Shown here: positions 1 to 10,404 of the stretch, piece after piece
How positions within the stretch are numbered: position 1 is the first letter of the stretch
Layout of the letters: every line of letters starts with the position of its first letter
NCBI GenBank assembly: GCA_965217035.1
Contig: OZ244226.1
Coordinates: forward strand, 1-64,000
Reading direction: 5' to 3'
Source: Bacteriovoracaceae bacterium
GTDB lineage: Bacteria > Bdellovibrionota > Bacteriovoracia > Bacteriovoracales > Bacteriovoracaceae
DNA length: 64,000 nucleotides
Made by a program: the position numbers and the translations under genes
The notes under the pieces: model-generated
Seen by the model: the letters and a program-made list of their open reading frames with translations, nothing else
Database searches by the model: none
Told to the model about the DNA's origin: nothing

Positions 1-2342
1 ATTTCTTGTGGAAGTGGCGCTGGTATAATTCCTGCTTCTATCATTTTTCCCTTCCACTGAAGGGGATAGTTTTTTTGATACGTTTTTAAGTTTTTATACC
101 AATCAGATTCTCTGTAATTGTCTCTTAAGAACTCTTTGGAAAGAAGAGTCTCTTTTTTGCTAAGTCTTAATTCATCTATGCCGATTGAATCAACTAAGAT
201 GATTTCTCTTTTTTCTCCAAAAGCAAACTCAAGTTTTCCATCCCAAAGAGTGAGGTCACAGTTCTTGAAGAAATCAAAAAGTCTGGTTGCAAGAGCTTGA
301 GTGGTTTGGATAAGAAGTTGAAACTCAGAGTCTGTCATCCCGGCGATTGACTGAGCTTCTTTATAATTAAGATAACGATCAGTTGGTTCTAGCTTCGTTG
401 AAAATTCAATCACTGCTTGAGGAAAAAAAACATTGTTTTCATTGTGACCGTTTAATTGTTTAGAGAAGTCCGGATGATCCATACGGTTCTTGAAACTACT
501 TCCTTTGGGAAGGCCAAACCGGAATAAGACTTCAAGTGGGATAAGAGTATTAGTCGGCTTATCCTGATAGATCTTCATATTTTTTGGGACATTAATTTTA
601 GAAACTTGAAGTTCATGATTCTTTTTATTGAAGCCTCGATAATGAGTTTTGAGTCCATTCACTTTAAGTTCATTGAGAATGAAGTTATTGAGATAGCTTG
701 GTGCTTTCCAAGTGGACCAAGTTTTAGAATCTTCTAGATAGTTGAAAAAAAGTTTGCCCATCATGGCCAATGAGTTTCCTTTTTGCTCAATCATGTCAGG
801 CATTTCTCCCCAGTCGAAGACTGAATAACGATCGCTAAATCTAAATCCTAATTTATCAGCGTCTTCATGAGTGAAGATATTTTTAACAGAGCCTTTATGC
901 AATAATCGAGGCCCTGTAATAAAGTCTTGTCCTGTAGGATATTCTCCTGAAAGGCATCCAGTACAAATATTAGGGCCTAATGTTTTTTTAAGATCTTCAA
1001 GATTTAGGTAGATAAGCTTTTCACAATCAATGGCCCGCTCAATCTCAAGGAGTTCCTTATCATGAGCGACGAGGTCTTCTCTATTTGGAAAATCGATTCC
1101 ATAGCTACAAGGGTATATAATTTTTGGACAAGTTGAGGCCATATAAACTTCTTTGGCCCCACAGTCCTTAAGGATTTTTATAATTCTTTTAGATGTTGTC
1201 CCTCGAACAATAGAGTCATCGACAATAAGAAGATTTTTACCTTCTATATCTTCTTTAATTGGGAAGAGCTTCATCTTTACAGCTCGTTCTCTTGATTCTT
1301 GGGAGTTGAGAATAAAACTTCTTTGAGCATATCTATTTTTGTTGAGAACAGGTCTTAAAGGAATACTGAGCTCTTCGCTTAAAGCTGTCGCAGAGATTTT
1401 ACTGGTATCAGGGACAGGAACGACAAAGTCGGGCTTAATTGTTCCCGATTTCAATAGCGGTTTTATCTTTTTTCCGAGTGCTCGCCCAAACTCTAATCGA
1501 GTTTCATAGACATTTTTATCTTCAATTCTTGATTCAGGGTTAGCAAAGTAGATCCATTCAAACATACAAGATTTTTTAGGTTCTTGAGTGAGAACTTTGC
1601 TATGATGGTTCCCTTTTTTATCAATAAAAAGAACTTCTCCTGGTTCGAGATCCCTGACGATATCATAGCCTAAGAAATTAAGGACAATACTTTCACTGGT
1701 GACACAAAAAGCTTTTTCTCCATTTTCGAGAGTTTTCTCTCCAATGACCATGGGCCGAATTCCATTAGGATCTCTAATGGCGAGAAGCCCATAAGGAGCT
1801 ATTGTTGCAAGAGTTGAATAACCACCTTTGGCATATTTATAAAGATAGGAAGTTGCTTGAAAGAGAAGATCTGGTTCAAAATCTCTACCTTCGGTCTCAT
1901 ATTTTTTTAGCATATGAGCAAGGTGATCAGAAAGCAGGTTAATGATGACCTCGCCATCATTTTTCGTGAAGATAAATCGCTTTTTATCATTGTTTAAAAA
2001 GTCTTTAAGCTCTTTAAAATTTACGAGATTTCCATTGTGAACGAGGCCAAGACCAAAAGGGTAGTTAAGGGTGAGTGGCTGAACATCTTTAATATCCAAA
2101 GACCCGACAGTTGAGTATCGAGTATGACCAAGACACATCTGACCCTCAAGGTTTTTTAAAGAGTCTTCATCAAAGACTTGATTCACGAGGCCTTGGTTTT
2201 TGTGTAGGGTGTACTTTTTTTGATCGAAATCAAAACTTAGGATTCCTGCAGCATCCTGTCCTCGGTGTTGCAAGAGAAGAAGACCTTGATAGGTTTCTTC
2301 AGCCGAATGTGGGGTGCCTATGATTCCGACGATCCCGCACAT
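1..2342 (-). CDS. purF: Fused amidophosphoribosyltransferase (PurF) - SAICAR synthetase (PurC); 3' end runs off the window
   Basis: Manual translation from ATG 2342 (SD-like GAGG upstream) gives MCGIVGIIG..LQHRGQDAAGI, the PRPP loop IVDDSIVRGTT, and CMFEWIYF/PCSYGID/CTGC. The same frame continues into LLHKGSVKNIF..FSDRYSVFDWGEMPD..LVDSIGIDELRL..SKEFLR (PurC). Probably missing from the ORF track because there is no stop in the window. Confidence 0.92.
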   Translation of the reverse strand, partial: MCGIVGIIGTPHSAEETYQGLLLLQHRGQDAAGILSFDFDQKKYTLHKNQGLVNQVFDEDSLKNLEGQMCLGHTRYSTVGSLDIKDVQPLTLNYPFGLGLVHNGNLVNFKELKDFLNNDKKRFIFTKNDGEVIINLLSDHLAHMLKKYETEGRDFEPDLLFQATSYLYKYAKGGYSTLATIAPYGLLAIRDPNGIRPMVIGEKTLENGEKAFCVTSESIVLNFLGYDIVRDLEPGEVLFIDKKGNHHSKVLTQEPKKSCMFEWIYFANPESRIEDKNVYETRLEFGRALGKKIKPLLKSGTIKPDFVVPVPDTSKISATALSEELSIPLRPVLNKNRYAQRSFILNSQESRERAVKMKLFPIKEDIEGKNLLIVDDSIVRGTTSKRIIKILKDCGAKEVYMASTCPKIIYPCSYGIDFPNREDLVAHDKELLEIERAIDCEKLIYLNLEDLKKTLGPNICTGCLSGEYPTGQDFITGPRLLHKGSVKNIFTHEDADKLGFRFSDRYSVFDWGEMPDMIEQKGNSLAMMGKLFFNYLEDSKTWSTWKAPSYLNNFILNELKVNGLKTHYRGFNKKNHELQVSKINVPKNMKIYQDKPTNTLIPLEVLFRFGLPKGSSFKNRMDHPDFSKQLNGHNENNVFFPQAVIEFSTKLEPTDRYLNYKEAQSIAGMTDSEFQLLIQTTQALATRLFDFFKNCDLTLWDGKLEFAFGEKREIILVDSIGIDELRLSKKETLLSKEFLRDNYRESDWYKNLKTYQKNYPLQWKGKMIEAGIIPAPLPQE

Positions 2343-2457
2343 TTTTAGACCTCTTTTCTGGTGTCTCAACCAGAGCAAACATTACCAGTTCACAGTCCTC
2401 AATGTACGGTATATAAAGGTTCTAGACAAGCGAAATTACTCATTTGTCAGGGATCCT

Positions 2458-3531
2458 ATGGGGAATGTCAGAAACTTTAAAAAGATAGGAATTCTAGGTG
2501 CCGGTCAGTTAGCGATGATGTTAGCCGAAGCATCAAAGCAGCTCAAAAACCCTCCGAAAATTTGGGGGAATTCTACCGAAGATAGTGCTTGCCAGGCGAC
2601 TCCTGACTTTTCCTATGGACCAGTTGATCAAGCTCTAAAGTTCTTTCAAAACGTCGATACAGTCACGCTTGAGAGTGAGTTTTACGGGGAAGAAATACTT
2701 TCTCCTTACAGAGATAAGTTGGTGCCGAGGTTAGAGCATTACTTAGAACTTGATACTAAAATTAAAGAAAAAAAACTTTTCGCAAATTTAAATCCAGTTC
2801 CTTATTCCCAGGATTTCTCCGATATTGAAAAATTTCCAATCATGATTAAATTAAGTTCGGGTGGTTATGATGGTTATGGGAATATCGTGGTTAAATCCTT
2901 AGTGGACCTTGAAGAACTTCTTCCTAAATTGGAAGATAAAGAAATTTTCTGGGAACCTTTCCTCGATATAAAAAGAGAAATTGCAACTCAAGCGGTGAGT
3001 GATGGTGAGAATGTCGTTGTTTATCCTTTTGTTGAAACAATTCAGAAAAATTCTATTTGTACTGAAGTCAAACTCTTAAATGAAAAATTCCCTGAACTTG
3101 AAAGTAAGATATTAAGCTTTGTAAAAACGAAGAAGTTTGTCGGAACTTTAGCGTTTGAATTTATAGAAACTCCTGAAGAGACGTATTTTAATGAAACGGC
3201 TCCAAGAGTTCATAATTCTGGTCACTATACCGCTGATCTTTGCGAAGTTGGTCAATTTAAAAATCACATGAGGGTTTGTTCAGGTCTCGAGCCTGCCCCT
3301 GTGAAATTAAACTATATGTTTGGTGGAATGATTAATATTCTCTCTCAAGATTGGGAGAAGCAGGGCCCTTTACTACATTCATTAGATTTTGAGAGCGCAA
3401 AGTATATTGATTATTTTAAAGCTCCGAGACTTGGAAGAAAAATGGGGCATATCAATTATTGGGGCAAGACTAAAGAAGAAGCTGATCAAACAAGAAAAAA
3501 AATTCTTAATCATTTAGGAGATACGATATGA
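2458..3531 (+). CDS. purK: 5-(carboxyamino)imidazole ribonucleotide synthase (ATP-grasp)
   Basis: [37 protein letters not shown]. Likely start is ATG 2458; the track start at 2314 overlaps purF. Confidence 0.93.
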   Translation: MGNVRNFKKIGILGAGQLAMMLAEASKQLKNPPKIWGNSTEDSACQATPDFSYGPVDQALKFFQNVDTVTLESEFYGEEILSPYRDKLVPRLEHYLELDTKIKEKKLFANLNPVPYSQDFSDIEKFPIMIKLSSGGYDGYGNIVVKSLVDLEELLPKLEDKEIFWEPFLDIKREIATQAVSDGENVVVYPFVETIQKNSICTEVKLLNEKFPELESKILSFVKTKKFVGTLAFEFIETPEETYFNETAPRVHNSGHYTADLCEVGQFKNHMRVCSGLEPAPVKLNYMFGGMINILSQDWEKQGPLLHSLDFESAKYIDYFKAPRLGRKMGHINYWGKTKEEADQTRKKILNHLGDTI

Positions 3532-3995
3532 AAATAGCTATTATTATGGGAAGCGATTCTGACTGGCCTATAATGAAGGCCGCTAGCGAAATTCTAGAGA
3601 AGTTTGGAATTGAGTTCGAAGCCAAAGTCGTTTCCGCTCATAGAACACCTAAAGATATGATTGCTTTTGCTGAGTCAGCAGATAAAGAATTTAATGTGAT
3701 TATCGCTGGTGCTGGAGGAGCTGCTCATCTTCCAGGAATGGTCGCATCAGCAACAAGTCTTCCTGTTATTGGGGTTCCTGTTGCCTTAAAAAATCTTGAT
3801 GGAATGGACTCACTTCTTTCAATTGTTCAAATGCCTGGAGGAGTTCCTGTTGCTACTGTCGGAGTTAATAATGCTAAGAATGCAGGACTTCTTGCGTTGA
3901 GAATCTTGGCCGCAACTAATATTGATCTTCGAAAGACCCTAGACTTATATCGAGAGGAAATAGCGGAAGTTTCTCGAAATAAAAAACTAGTTTAA
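3528..3995 (+). CDS. purE: N5-CAIR mutase
   Basis: [42 protein letters not shown]. Confidence 0.97.
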   Translation: MKIAIIMGSDSDWPIMKAASEILEKFGIEFEAKVVSAHRTPKDMIAFAESADKEFNVIIAGAGGAAHLPGMVASATSLPVIGVPVALKNLDGMDSLLSIVQMPGGVPVATVGVNNAKNAGLLALRILAATNIDLRKTLDLYREEIAEVSRNKKLV

Positions 3996-4131
3996 TTCAA
4001 TTTCAAACCTCATGCAGTTGGAGTACGAGACTTTTGAATGGCTTACAAAAAAAGTGACTAAGCTCTTGATCTTTCAAAGAGGTTTGATTAGCCTAACAAA
4101 CGTCACTTAATTAAAACGATGAGGTTTATTT

Positions 4132-5322
4132 ATGCGTTTAATCGTACTGGTCGCACTCTTTTTCTCCTCTGCTCATGCTCAGACCAATAAAGAGCTTCAG
4201 GAGCAGATTAATGCTCTTGCTGAACAACTTGAGGCTTTTAAAGTCGGGAAAAAGGTTCCTGAGGACTCCTTTTTCGGACTGGGAACTGCCGCTTCTAAGG
4301 TCTATAACGTTGACTCTGGGACGACAATCGGTGGCTATGGAGAGCTTCTTCTCACTTCTCCGATGAATGAAAATGAAAGCGGGAATAATGTGAGCAACAC
4401 AACAGAAGGAGAGTTTCTCCGAAATATTCTTTATATTGGTCACAAGTTTAATGATAAATGGATTCTCAACACAGAAATTGAAATGGAGCATGTTGATGAA
4501 ATTTTTGTTGAGTTCGCTTGGATTGATTACCTTCATTCGGAGTCATTTAACTTCAGAACAGGGCTCGTTCTTCTCCCTATGGGGCTTGTGAACGAACTTC
4601 ACGAACCTATTTTCTTTGACACGGCCAATAGACCTGAAATTGAATCTAAGATTATTCCTTCGACATGGCGAGAACTGGGAACAGGAGTGTTTGGAACAAT
4701 TGATAAACTGACTTATAAAGTTTTTCTCGTTAACGGTCTTGATGCATCTGGATTCAATTCAGATGGTTTAAGAGGTGGGCGAAAGAAAGGTGGAGTCAAA
4801 GAAAATGCGAGTAGCGTTTCCTTTTCAACTCGACTTGATTACCAAGCAACTTCTGATTTTAATTTTGGGCTAGCTTTTTATACGGGTTCAAGTTCATCGA
4901 CCTCAACAAGTCCTACCGTTGGAACCTCAATTTATCAGGCACATTTTAACTACAAGTACGAGAGTTGGTATGTAAAAGGTCTTTATGTGACGGCACAGCT
5001 TGATGATGTTGAAGCTTTTAATGCGGCGACTTCTAATGATTTAGCTGAAGAGATGGATGGTTATTATGTTGATGCAGGCTATAATTTCTATTTTGGAAAG
5101 AAAACGCTGACACCATTTTTTAGATATGAGACTTATGACACTCATAAAACTCTGGTCGGAGGAGTTGCTGAGGACCTGTCTAAGGATCGAACAAATATTA
5201 CAGTAGGGGTAGCTTTTAAACCCATTCCTAAAATTGTATATAAGTTAGATTATACTCAACGAACAAATGAGTTAGAGACAGGTGTTGATGAAATTAATTT
5301 TGCTCTTGGTTATATTTTCTAA
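4132..5322 (+). CDS. Outer-membrane porin (OprO/OprP-like beta-barrel)
   Basis: Signal peptide, short coiled coil, TTIGGYGE, EIEMEH, IIPSTWRELG, alternating beta-strands, C-terminal Phe. Confidence 0.75.
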   Translation: MRLIVLVALFFSSAHAQTNKELQEQINALAEQLEAFKVGKKVPEDSFFGLGTAASKVYNVDSGTTIGGYGELLLTSPMNENESGNNVSNTTEGEFLRNILYIGHKFNDKWILNTEIEMEHVDEIFVEFAWIDYLHSESFNFRTGLVLLPMGLVNELHEPIFFDTANRPEIESKIIPSTWRELGTGVFGTIDKLTYKVFLVNGLDASGFNSDGLRGGRKKGGVKENASSVSFSTRLDYQATSDFNFGLAFYTGSSSSTSTSPTVGTSIYQAHFNYKYESWYVKGLYVTAQLDDVEAFNAATSNDLAEEMDGYYVDAGYNFYFGKKTLTPFFRYETYDTHKTLVGGVAEDLSKDRTNITVGVAFKPIPKIVYKLDYTQRTNELETGVDEINFALGYIF

Positions 5323-5761
5323 CTTCATCTTGAAGGATAGCAATTCAGGACCTCTCACGGATATGATTTCGGGAGAGGTTCCTTCGAATTGTAAATTAGA
5401 AAAAGAGACTAAATTTAAAAATAAAAAGTTTATTATTCGTCATATTTTGGATTGCGATGGTAGGCAATCCTATATCTATATTGATAATCATAAGGTTAGA
5501 ACTATGAGTGAAATTCTTATGATTCAACTTTCTAAAAATAGAGTGGAGCAAGTAAAACCTCTACAGTTTTTTGAACCTCCTGAATACAAACCTAAGAAGC
5601 AATGGCTTGATCAGCTTAAAGGCCGTCCACTTAAAAGAGTCAAGTTTGGAGAAGATCTTGATGCCATAACTGGAGCAACTCTGACTTATCATGCTGTTGT
5701 CGATAATGTTGCCAAGGTCATGAAAATCCATCAAAGTTTAAAGGATGGATCAAAAAAATAA
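5288..5761 (+). CDS. FMN-binding (flavinylated) extracytosolic protein
   Basis: Hydrophobic N-terminus; DAITGATLT matches the [S/T]GA[S/T] flavinylation motif; FFEPPEY and W.DQ..G. Confidence 0.8.
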   Translation: MKLILLLVIFSNFILKDSNSGPLTDMISGEVPSNCKLEKETKFKNKKFIIRHILDCDGRQSYIYIDNHKVRTMSEILMIQLSKNRVEQVKPLQFFEPPEYKPKKQWLDQLKGRPLKRVKFGEDLDAITGATLTYHAVVDNVAKVMKIHQSLKDGSKK

Positions 5762-6143
5762 ACATTATTTCCATATTGCTACGCTGATCAATCTCTTGAT
5801 AGCAGCCCTTTATTTTTTATTTCGTTATTTTATACGTATCGAAACTGACTTTGGGGAAATGGCCTCACCTTATCAACCTTATCTTCAGTATCTCCATATT
5901 CTTCTCGTGGTACCCTGGCTTCTTGTTTTTGGTATGTTGATTTCGACTCATATGGTCCCGAAATTAAAATCAGGGAGACCAACTAAAAGAAAGAGTGGGA
6001 TTAATTTAATTATTCTTTCCATTTTTATGATTCTTTCTGGTTATGCTATTCAGGTTTCTAGTCCTGAGTGGATGGGATTAAGCCATGTGATTTTTTCCGG
6101 TCTGTGGTTACTTATCTATTTATGGCATACCTTGAAGGACTAA
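5745..6143 (+). CDS. 4-TM membrane protein with paired His (cytochrome b-like)
   Basis: Four hydrophobic helices with His pairs (YLH..THM; SHV..LWH); overlaps the FMN-binding gene. Confidence 0.55.
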   Translation: MDQKNKHYFHIATLINLLIAALYFLFRYFIRIETDFGEMASPYQPYLQYLHILLVVPWLLVFGMLISTHMVPKLKSGRPTKRKSGINLIILSIFMILSGYAIQVSSPEWMGLSHVIFSGLWLLIYLWHTLKD

Positions 6144-7495
6144 AGTTTTTCCATTAACAACTGGTAGTATTTAATCGCTTTTTTATAGTTTTCGATACTT
6201 ACTCTTTCATTAAGTCCATGAATTCTTGAAAGGTCAGATTTTTTGATCCTTAAAGGAAGAAAACGGTAAATATTAGGGGTGAGTTTTTGATAATGATAAG
6301 AATCTGTCCGAGCAATCATGACGTTTGAAGCAACAATTGTATCCGGGTAAACTTCTTCAATTGTTAGTTTCATTTTATGAAAAGCATCAGTGCTTGTGTC
6401 GGCTAAGGGACTAGGATTAACCGAATCTTTAAGATTTATCAGTTCAATCTTAACTCTTTTGTCTGTAATCCTTTCTTTTATTTTTTTGAGAACATCTTTA
6501 ACGGTATCTCCTTGAAGAAGCCTAAAGTTGATTAAGGCCTCTGCTGTATTAGGGATTTTATTTTCTTTGATTCCTGCTTTTACCACTGTAACAGCTTGAG
6601 TTGTTCTTAATAAGGCATCACTTGGCGGAGACTTTTTTAGCTCGTTAATAAGAAGAGAGGCAAAAAATTTAGAATGTCTTAGAAGAAAACCAAAGAGTCC
6701 ATCTTTATGATTCCCTAGAGTTTCTAAAAAAGTTTCCATTGGTGGGATGAGACTTCGTTTAAAAAGAGGTTTCTTTAATTGTGAAAGAGCTTTATTTAAA
6801 ATTGTATAGGCTGTTTCTTCAGCTGGCATTGAAGAGTGCCCGCCTTTTTTAAAGACACTGAGTTTGACTGTAGCATAGCCTTTTTCTCCGATTCCAATGA
6901 TTGCAATAGGTTTTTCAAAGCCTGCGACAGCATCTTCGATAACAAGAAGTCCTTCATCAAAAACAGCATCAATTTGGATTTCTTGTCTCTTTATTTCAGA
7001 GGCTATCTGAGCGGCCCCTTGCCAACCTCCTAATTCTTCATCTTGAGTGATTGCAAAATGCAGGGTTGATCGGGGTTGGAAATCTTTTTTTAGGAGATTC
7101 TCAATGGCCTCAAGGCTTGCCTGGACTCCAATTTTATCGTCCATGGTACCTCGTCCCCAGATAAAGCTTTGATCAATTTTTCCTGAATAGGGAGGATGAG
7201 TCCACTTACCGAGATCTTTCTCTTCAACAGGAACGACATCATAATGAGCATTAAAGAGATAATGAAATTGGTTTTTTCCAGGCCATGTTAAAAGGAGACT
7301 TCTGTTGATGGGTTTTATTTTTAACTTTTGAAAAGTGAGAGGATAAGTTTGTTCCAAAAATTTAAGATAAGAGTCAAAAGGTTTTCCAAGTCTTATTAAT
7401 TCATTTGAAATAGTTTTAAATTTAATCCCTTGGCTAAGTCTTAATTCAGAGGTCCCCCAACTCAGAAGTGGAAAAAGAAGGAATAAATACTTCAT
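6140..7495 (-). CDS. M20/M25/M40 family metallopeptidase (carboxypeptidase S/PM20D1-like)
   Basis: AHYDVVP, WGRGTMDDK, DEELGG, GGHSSMP, IHGLNER. Confidence 0.9.
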   Translation of the reverse strand: MKYLFLLFPLLSWGTSELRLSQGIKFKTISNELIRLGKPFDSYLKFLEQTYPLTFQKLKIKPINRSLLLTWPGKNQFHYLFNAHYDVVPVEEKDLGKWTHPPYSGKIDQSFIWGRGTMDDKIGVQASLEAIENLLKKDFQPRSTLHFAITQDEELGGWQGAAQIASEIKRQEIQIDAVFDEGLLVIEDAVAGFEKPIAIIGIGEKGYATVKLSVFKKGGHSSMPAEETAYTILNKALSQLKKPLFKRSLIPPMETFLETLGNHKDGLFGFLLRHSKFFASLLINELKKSPPSDALLRTTQAVTVVKAGIKENKIPNTAEALINFRLLQGDTVKDVLKKIKERITDKRVKIELINLKDSVNPSPLADTSTDAFHKMKLTIEEVYPDTIVASNVMIARTDSYHYQKLTPNIYRFLPLRIKKSDLSRIHGLNERVSIENYKKAIKYYQLLMEKL

Positions 7496-7535
7496 ATTGG
7501 AATGCTAGCATTCTGAGGAAGAGAAATCTATTGGA

Positions 7536-10322
7536 TTAATAATTAAAAAGAGTCTTAAAGATATTAGTATCGCCACCAGTATTATTAAAAGGAGGAGTCA
7601 TCATCTTTCCATCCCAGCGACCGCCTGCTTGATTATTCGAGCAAATTTTATCTTCATATTCTTTTTCATTAACCTCTTTAAAGAATTTTACGATATCAGG
7701 CTGGATACAATTATTAATATTTCTTGTCAGGGAAACCTGAGAGGAAATATCTGAGCATTCTAAGCTGCAATCATTATCAATCGTTTTTTCAATTTCTCGA
7801 CAATAATCTCTAATAATCTCTTTTTCGGTATCAAGATACTCAGAGTTTGGTTCTGTGGTTTCTTTATCATCATCTTTAGTGACTTTTGGTTGAGAGTTTC
7901 GTGTGATTTTATCTCTCATTTCTTTTAGATATTGCTCAACATATTTAAAGTTATTAAAATAGTCAGGGGCGAGTGGACTGACTTTCTCGTCTCTAAGAAT
8001 TCCTGTTCCCGAAAGTGTTTTTATAATGCCTGTTGCTTGTTCTGCATCAGAGATAACGACATCATTAATTCCAGTTCCATCGCAAAGTGGAACATTCGCA
8101 AAAATATTCTCACCTGTGCTTTGTTGATTGACTTGCATGGCATTAAGAACGGCTTGACAGCGATTGTAAATATCTTGCCAAGCGTCGCCAGCATGTCCAT
8201 AACTTTCAATCGTTTTTTGTACATAATCTTCGACTTCTTTATAGGCTAGATCATTTTGTTTCTGGATTGATTTCTTTAACTTTTCAAGCTTGTCTTTGAG
8301 TTGATCTTTGAAATCTTTGGGATCAATAATTCCCATCCCAAGCTTCTCTTTGAGACCCTCTAGGTCTTTCATTTGATCTTTTTCTTCTGGAAGTGAAACA
8401 TCGATGCCTTTAGGCATCTCAAAACTCGCTGACTTAAACTTATCTTGGAATATTCCCGCTTCAAATTCATAAAAATTCCTAAGATCTTTATAAAGATTAT
8501 AATGAGCCTTTGATTGAAGCATGAGAGCTTCATTATGTTCTCTCACTTTGTTCTGGAGAGAAGTCCTGTCTCTATCAAACTTCTCTTGAAGTTTTCCGAG
8601 GCAGTTTTTAGTGTCTTGAGCACAATTTCTGGCATGCCGATAACAAAAATCTTTTTGAACAACCATACTATCAGCATTACAGGATCTTTTATCTTCAATT
8701 TGTCCTGTTGTTGTATTGGTACAAGTTAAGACTCTTGCCTTAAGTTCATTGGCGAACTCACGTTTGAAGTCTCTTTGTTTTATTGCCACGCTATTTTTCA
8801 TTCTTTTAACGAGTTTTATCGCTTGTTTTAGACTTTTTCTACCAGGCACTGGACCATAGGTCTTATTTCCCATTCGAGCATAGCATTCATTTTTAACAGC
8901 GTTAAAAAACTCAGTCGGTTCCCATAAATGATTGGTGTCTCTTCCTCGGAATGATGAACCTAAGGCCATCCTAAAAGATGCGTATCTAGGGTTAGATTCA
9001 ATAAACTTTTTAAAGAGGTTTGCTTTGGCGGCAATCCCCATATCGTTATCCTTCATTAAAGTGTAAACATAATTATGAAGTTTTTGTTGATCAAGAGACT
9101 TGATTGACTTGGTCGTTCTATTACCTGGAATATCAAAAGAGTCAAAGGCCTGCATGATCTGGTTACCGCCACCATTAAATGTATCATTGAAGCATTTCTG
9201 CTCTCTTCTGTTTTGCCAGTTTTGAAACTGGGCTTCGATATCTTCAGTTCCGCCTGATGCATTACTAATTCCAGAGAGCGTTTCATAGATATCTTTATCA
9301 ATACCATCATAATCAAGAACGCTTTTTAGTTGACGATCAACTTTTCCAAAATACTCTTTGACTCGACTTTGAAGGTCTGAGATCCCATCTTGAAAACTCG
9401 TTGTATTAGCAATGGCAGAACCAGTTTTAAAATTACTATCGAACCCATCCTTGAATCCAAAAATTCCTTGGCCATCGGCTCTGTTTGCTGCGCGAGCGAT
9501 ACTATTTTCAATGTCTTGTCTGATATTCCTTCTATCTCTTAGAAAATCATCAGAGTTTTTTCTATTGTCGACAGTTTTATTGAGAACGGCTTCAAGACCT
9601 TTTCCTGAACCACCTGCAGAGCTTCCTGAGGCCATGTTTTGAAATTCGTCTGGAGAGTAAATATTCCGACAAGCTGGAGTATTAAACCTTCTTTTATAAT
9701 CAACACCTTTCCCAAGGTACATCTCATTATAAGTTCGTTTAATAAAATCTTCATTTCTCTTATTTTTTCTTAAAAATTCTTCATGATCGTCATCAAGTTT
9801 TGCCATTAGAGAATCAAGTCGCTTGAGTCTTGAATCAAGATCTCTTGCTTTAAATTCTTTTAATTGGTCATTGAGACAAGCGGCGTGATGAACACTTGGT
9901 CTCCCAAGATCAATATTTTCTGAAGTTACAGTTTTTTGCGCTTTATAGTCTGGGATAGCTTGTAATGCCATGGATTTAGCTTCAATAATAAATGGGATCT
10001 TGCCTTCAGCTTTGAGTTGATTAATATCCATCGGACTAGGATTAGCCGGACAAAGGCCAATTGACTCTTGAGGGTATGATTCAGGAACTTGGCATGCAAG
10101 TCCATACTTTGCTGGACCCATCTCAGGTCTTAAAGCATTGATATGATCTTGGGCTGGTTTAATATTTTTCTGATAGAAATTAAATTGCTGTTGCCATTGA
10201 AGAAACTCTTCCATGTTTTTTTCATTCTGTGCTTTGACGTCATCTTCGTCCGCAAAAATGATTGACTGTGGAAAAATCAAGCCCCAGATCAGAAGGAATG
10301 TTAACATTTTTGAATTTCTCAT
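7536..10322 (-). CDS. Large secreted Cys-rich, coiled-coil hypothetical protein (928 aa)
   Basis: Signal peptide, many Cys, helical heptad-rich segments; no family recognised. Confidence 0.75.
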   Translation of the reverse strand: MRNSKMLTFLLIWGLIFPQSIIFADEDDVKAQNEKNMEEFLQWQQQFNFYQKNIKPAQDHINALRPEMGPAKYGLACQVPESYPQESIGLCPANPSPMDINQLKAEGKIPFIIEAKSMALQAIPDYKAQKTVTSENIDLGRPSVHHAACLNDQLKEFKARDLDSRLKRLDSLMAKLDDDHEEFLRKNKRNEDFIKRTYNEMYLGKGVDYKRRFNTPACRNIYSPDEFQNMASGSSAGGSGKGLEAVLNKTVDNRKNSDDFLRDRRNIRQDIENSIARAANRADGQGIFGFKDGFDSNFKTGSAIANTTSFQDGISDLQSRVKEYFGKVDRQLKSVLDYDGIDKDIYETLSGISNASGGTEDIEAQFQNWQNRREQKCFNDTFNGGGNQIMQAFDSFDIPGNRTTKSIKSLDQQKLHNYVYTLMKDNDMGIAAKANLFKKFIESNPRYASFRMALGSSFRGRDTNHLWEPTEFFNAVKNECYARMGNKTYGPVPGRKSLKQAIKLVKRMKNSVAIKQRDFKREFANELKARVLTCTNTTTGQIEDKRSCNADSMVVQKDFCYRHARNCAQDTKNCLGKLQEKFDRDRTSLQNKVREHNEALMLQSKAHYNLYKDLRNFYEFEAGIFQDKFKSASFEMPKGIDVSLPEEKDQMKDLEGLKEKLGMGIIDPKDFKDQLKDKLEKLKKSIQKQNDLAYKEVEDYVQKTIESYGHAGDAWQDIYNRCQAVLNAMQVNQQSTGENIFANVPLCDGTGINDVVISDAEQATGIIKTLSGTGILRDEKVSPLAPDYFNNFKYVEQYLKEMRDKITRNSQPKVTKDDDKETTEPNSEYLDTEKEIIRDYCREIEKTIDNDCSLECSDISSQVSLTRNINNCIQPDIVKFFKEVNEKEYEDKICSNNQAGGRWDGKMMTPPFNNTGGDTNIFKTLFNY

Positions 10323-10343
10323 TTTTGTTTTCTTTTCAATAAC

Positions 10344-10371
10344 TTATCGGCATATTATAGGATAAACCTTA
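10344..10371 (-). promoter_or_regulatory. FliA (sigma28)-like promoter
   Basis: TAAG-N16-GCCGATAA ending 21 nt before the ATG at 10322. Confidence 0.7.
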
Positions 10372-10404
10372 AATTCTTCGGTGAAGGAAAGGAAAGGTCC
10401 TAGA

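Noticed and set aside
3991..4010. Fur-box-like AT-rich sequence upstream of the porin
   Set aside because: Weak match in AT-rich DNA overlapping the purE stop.
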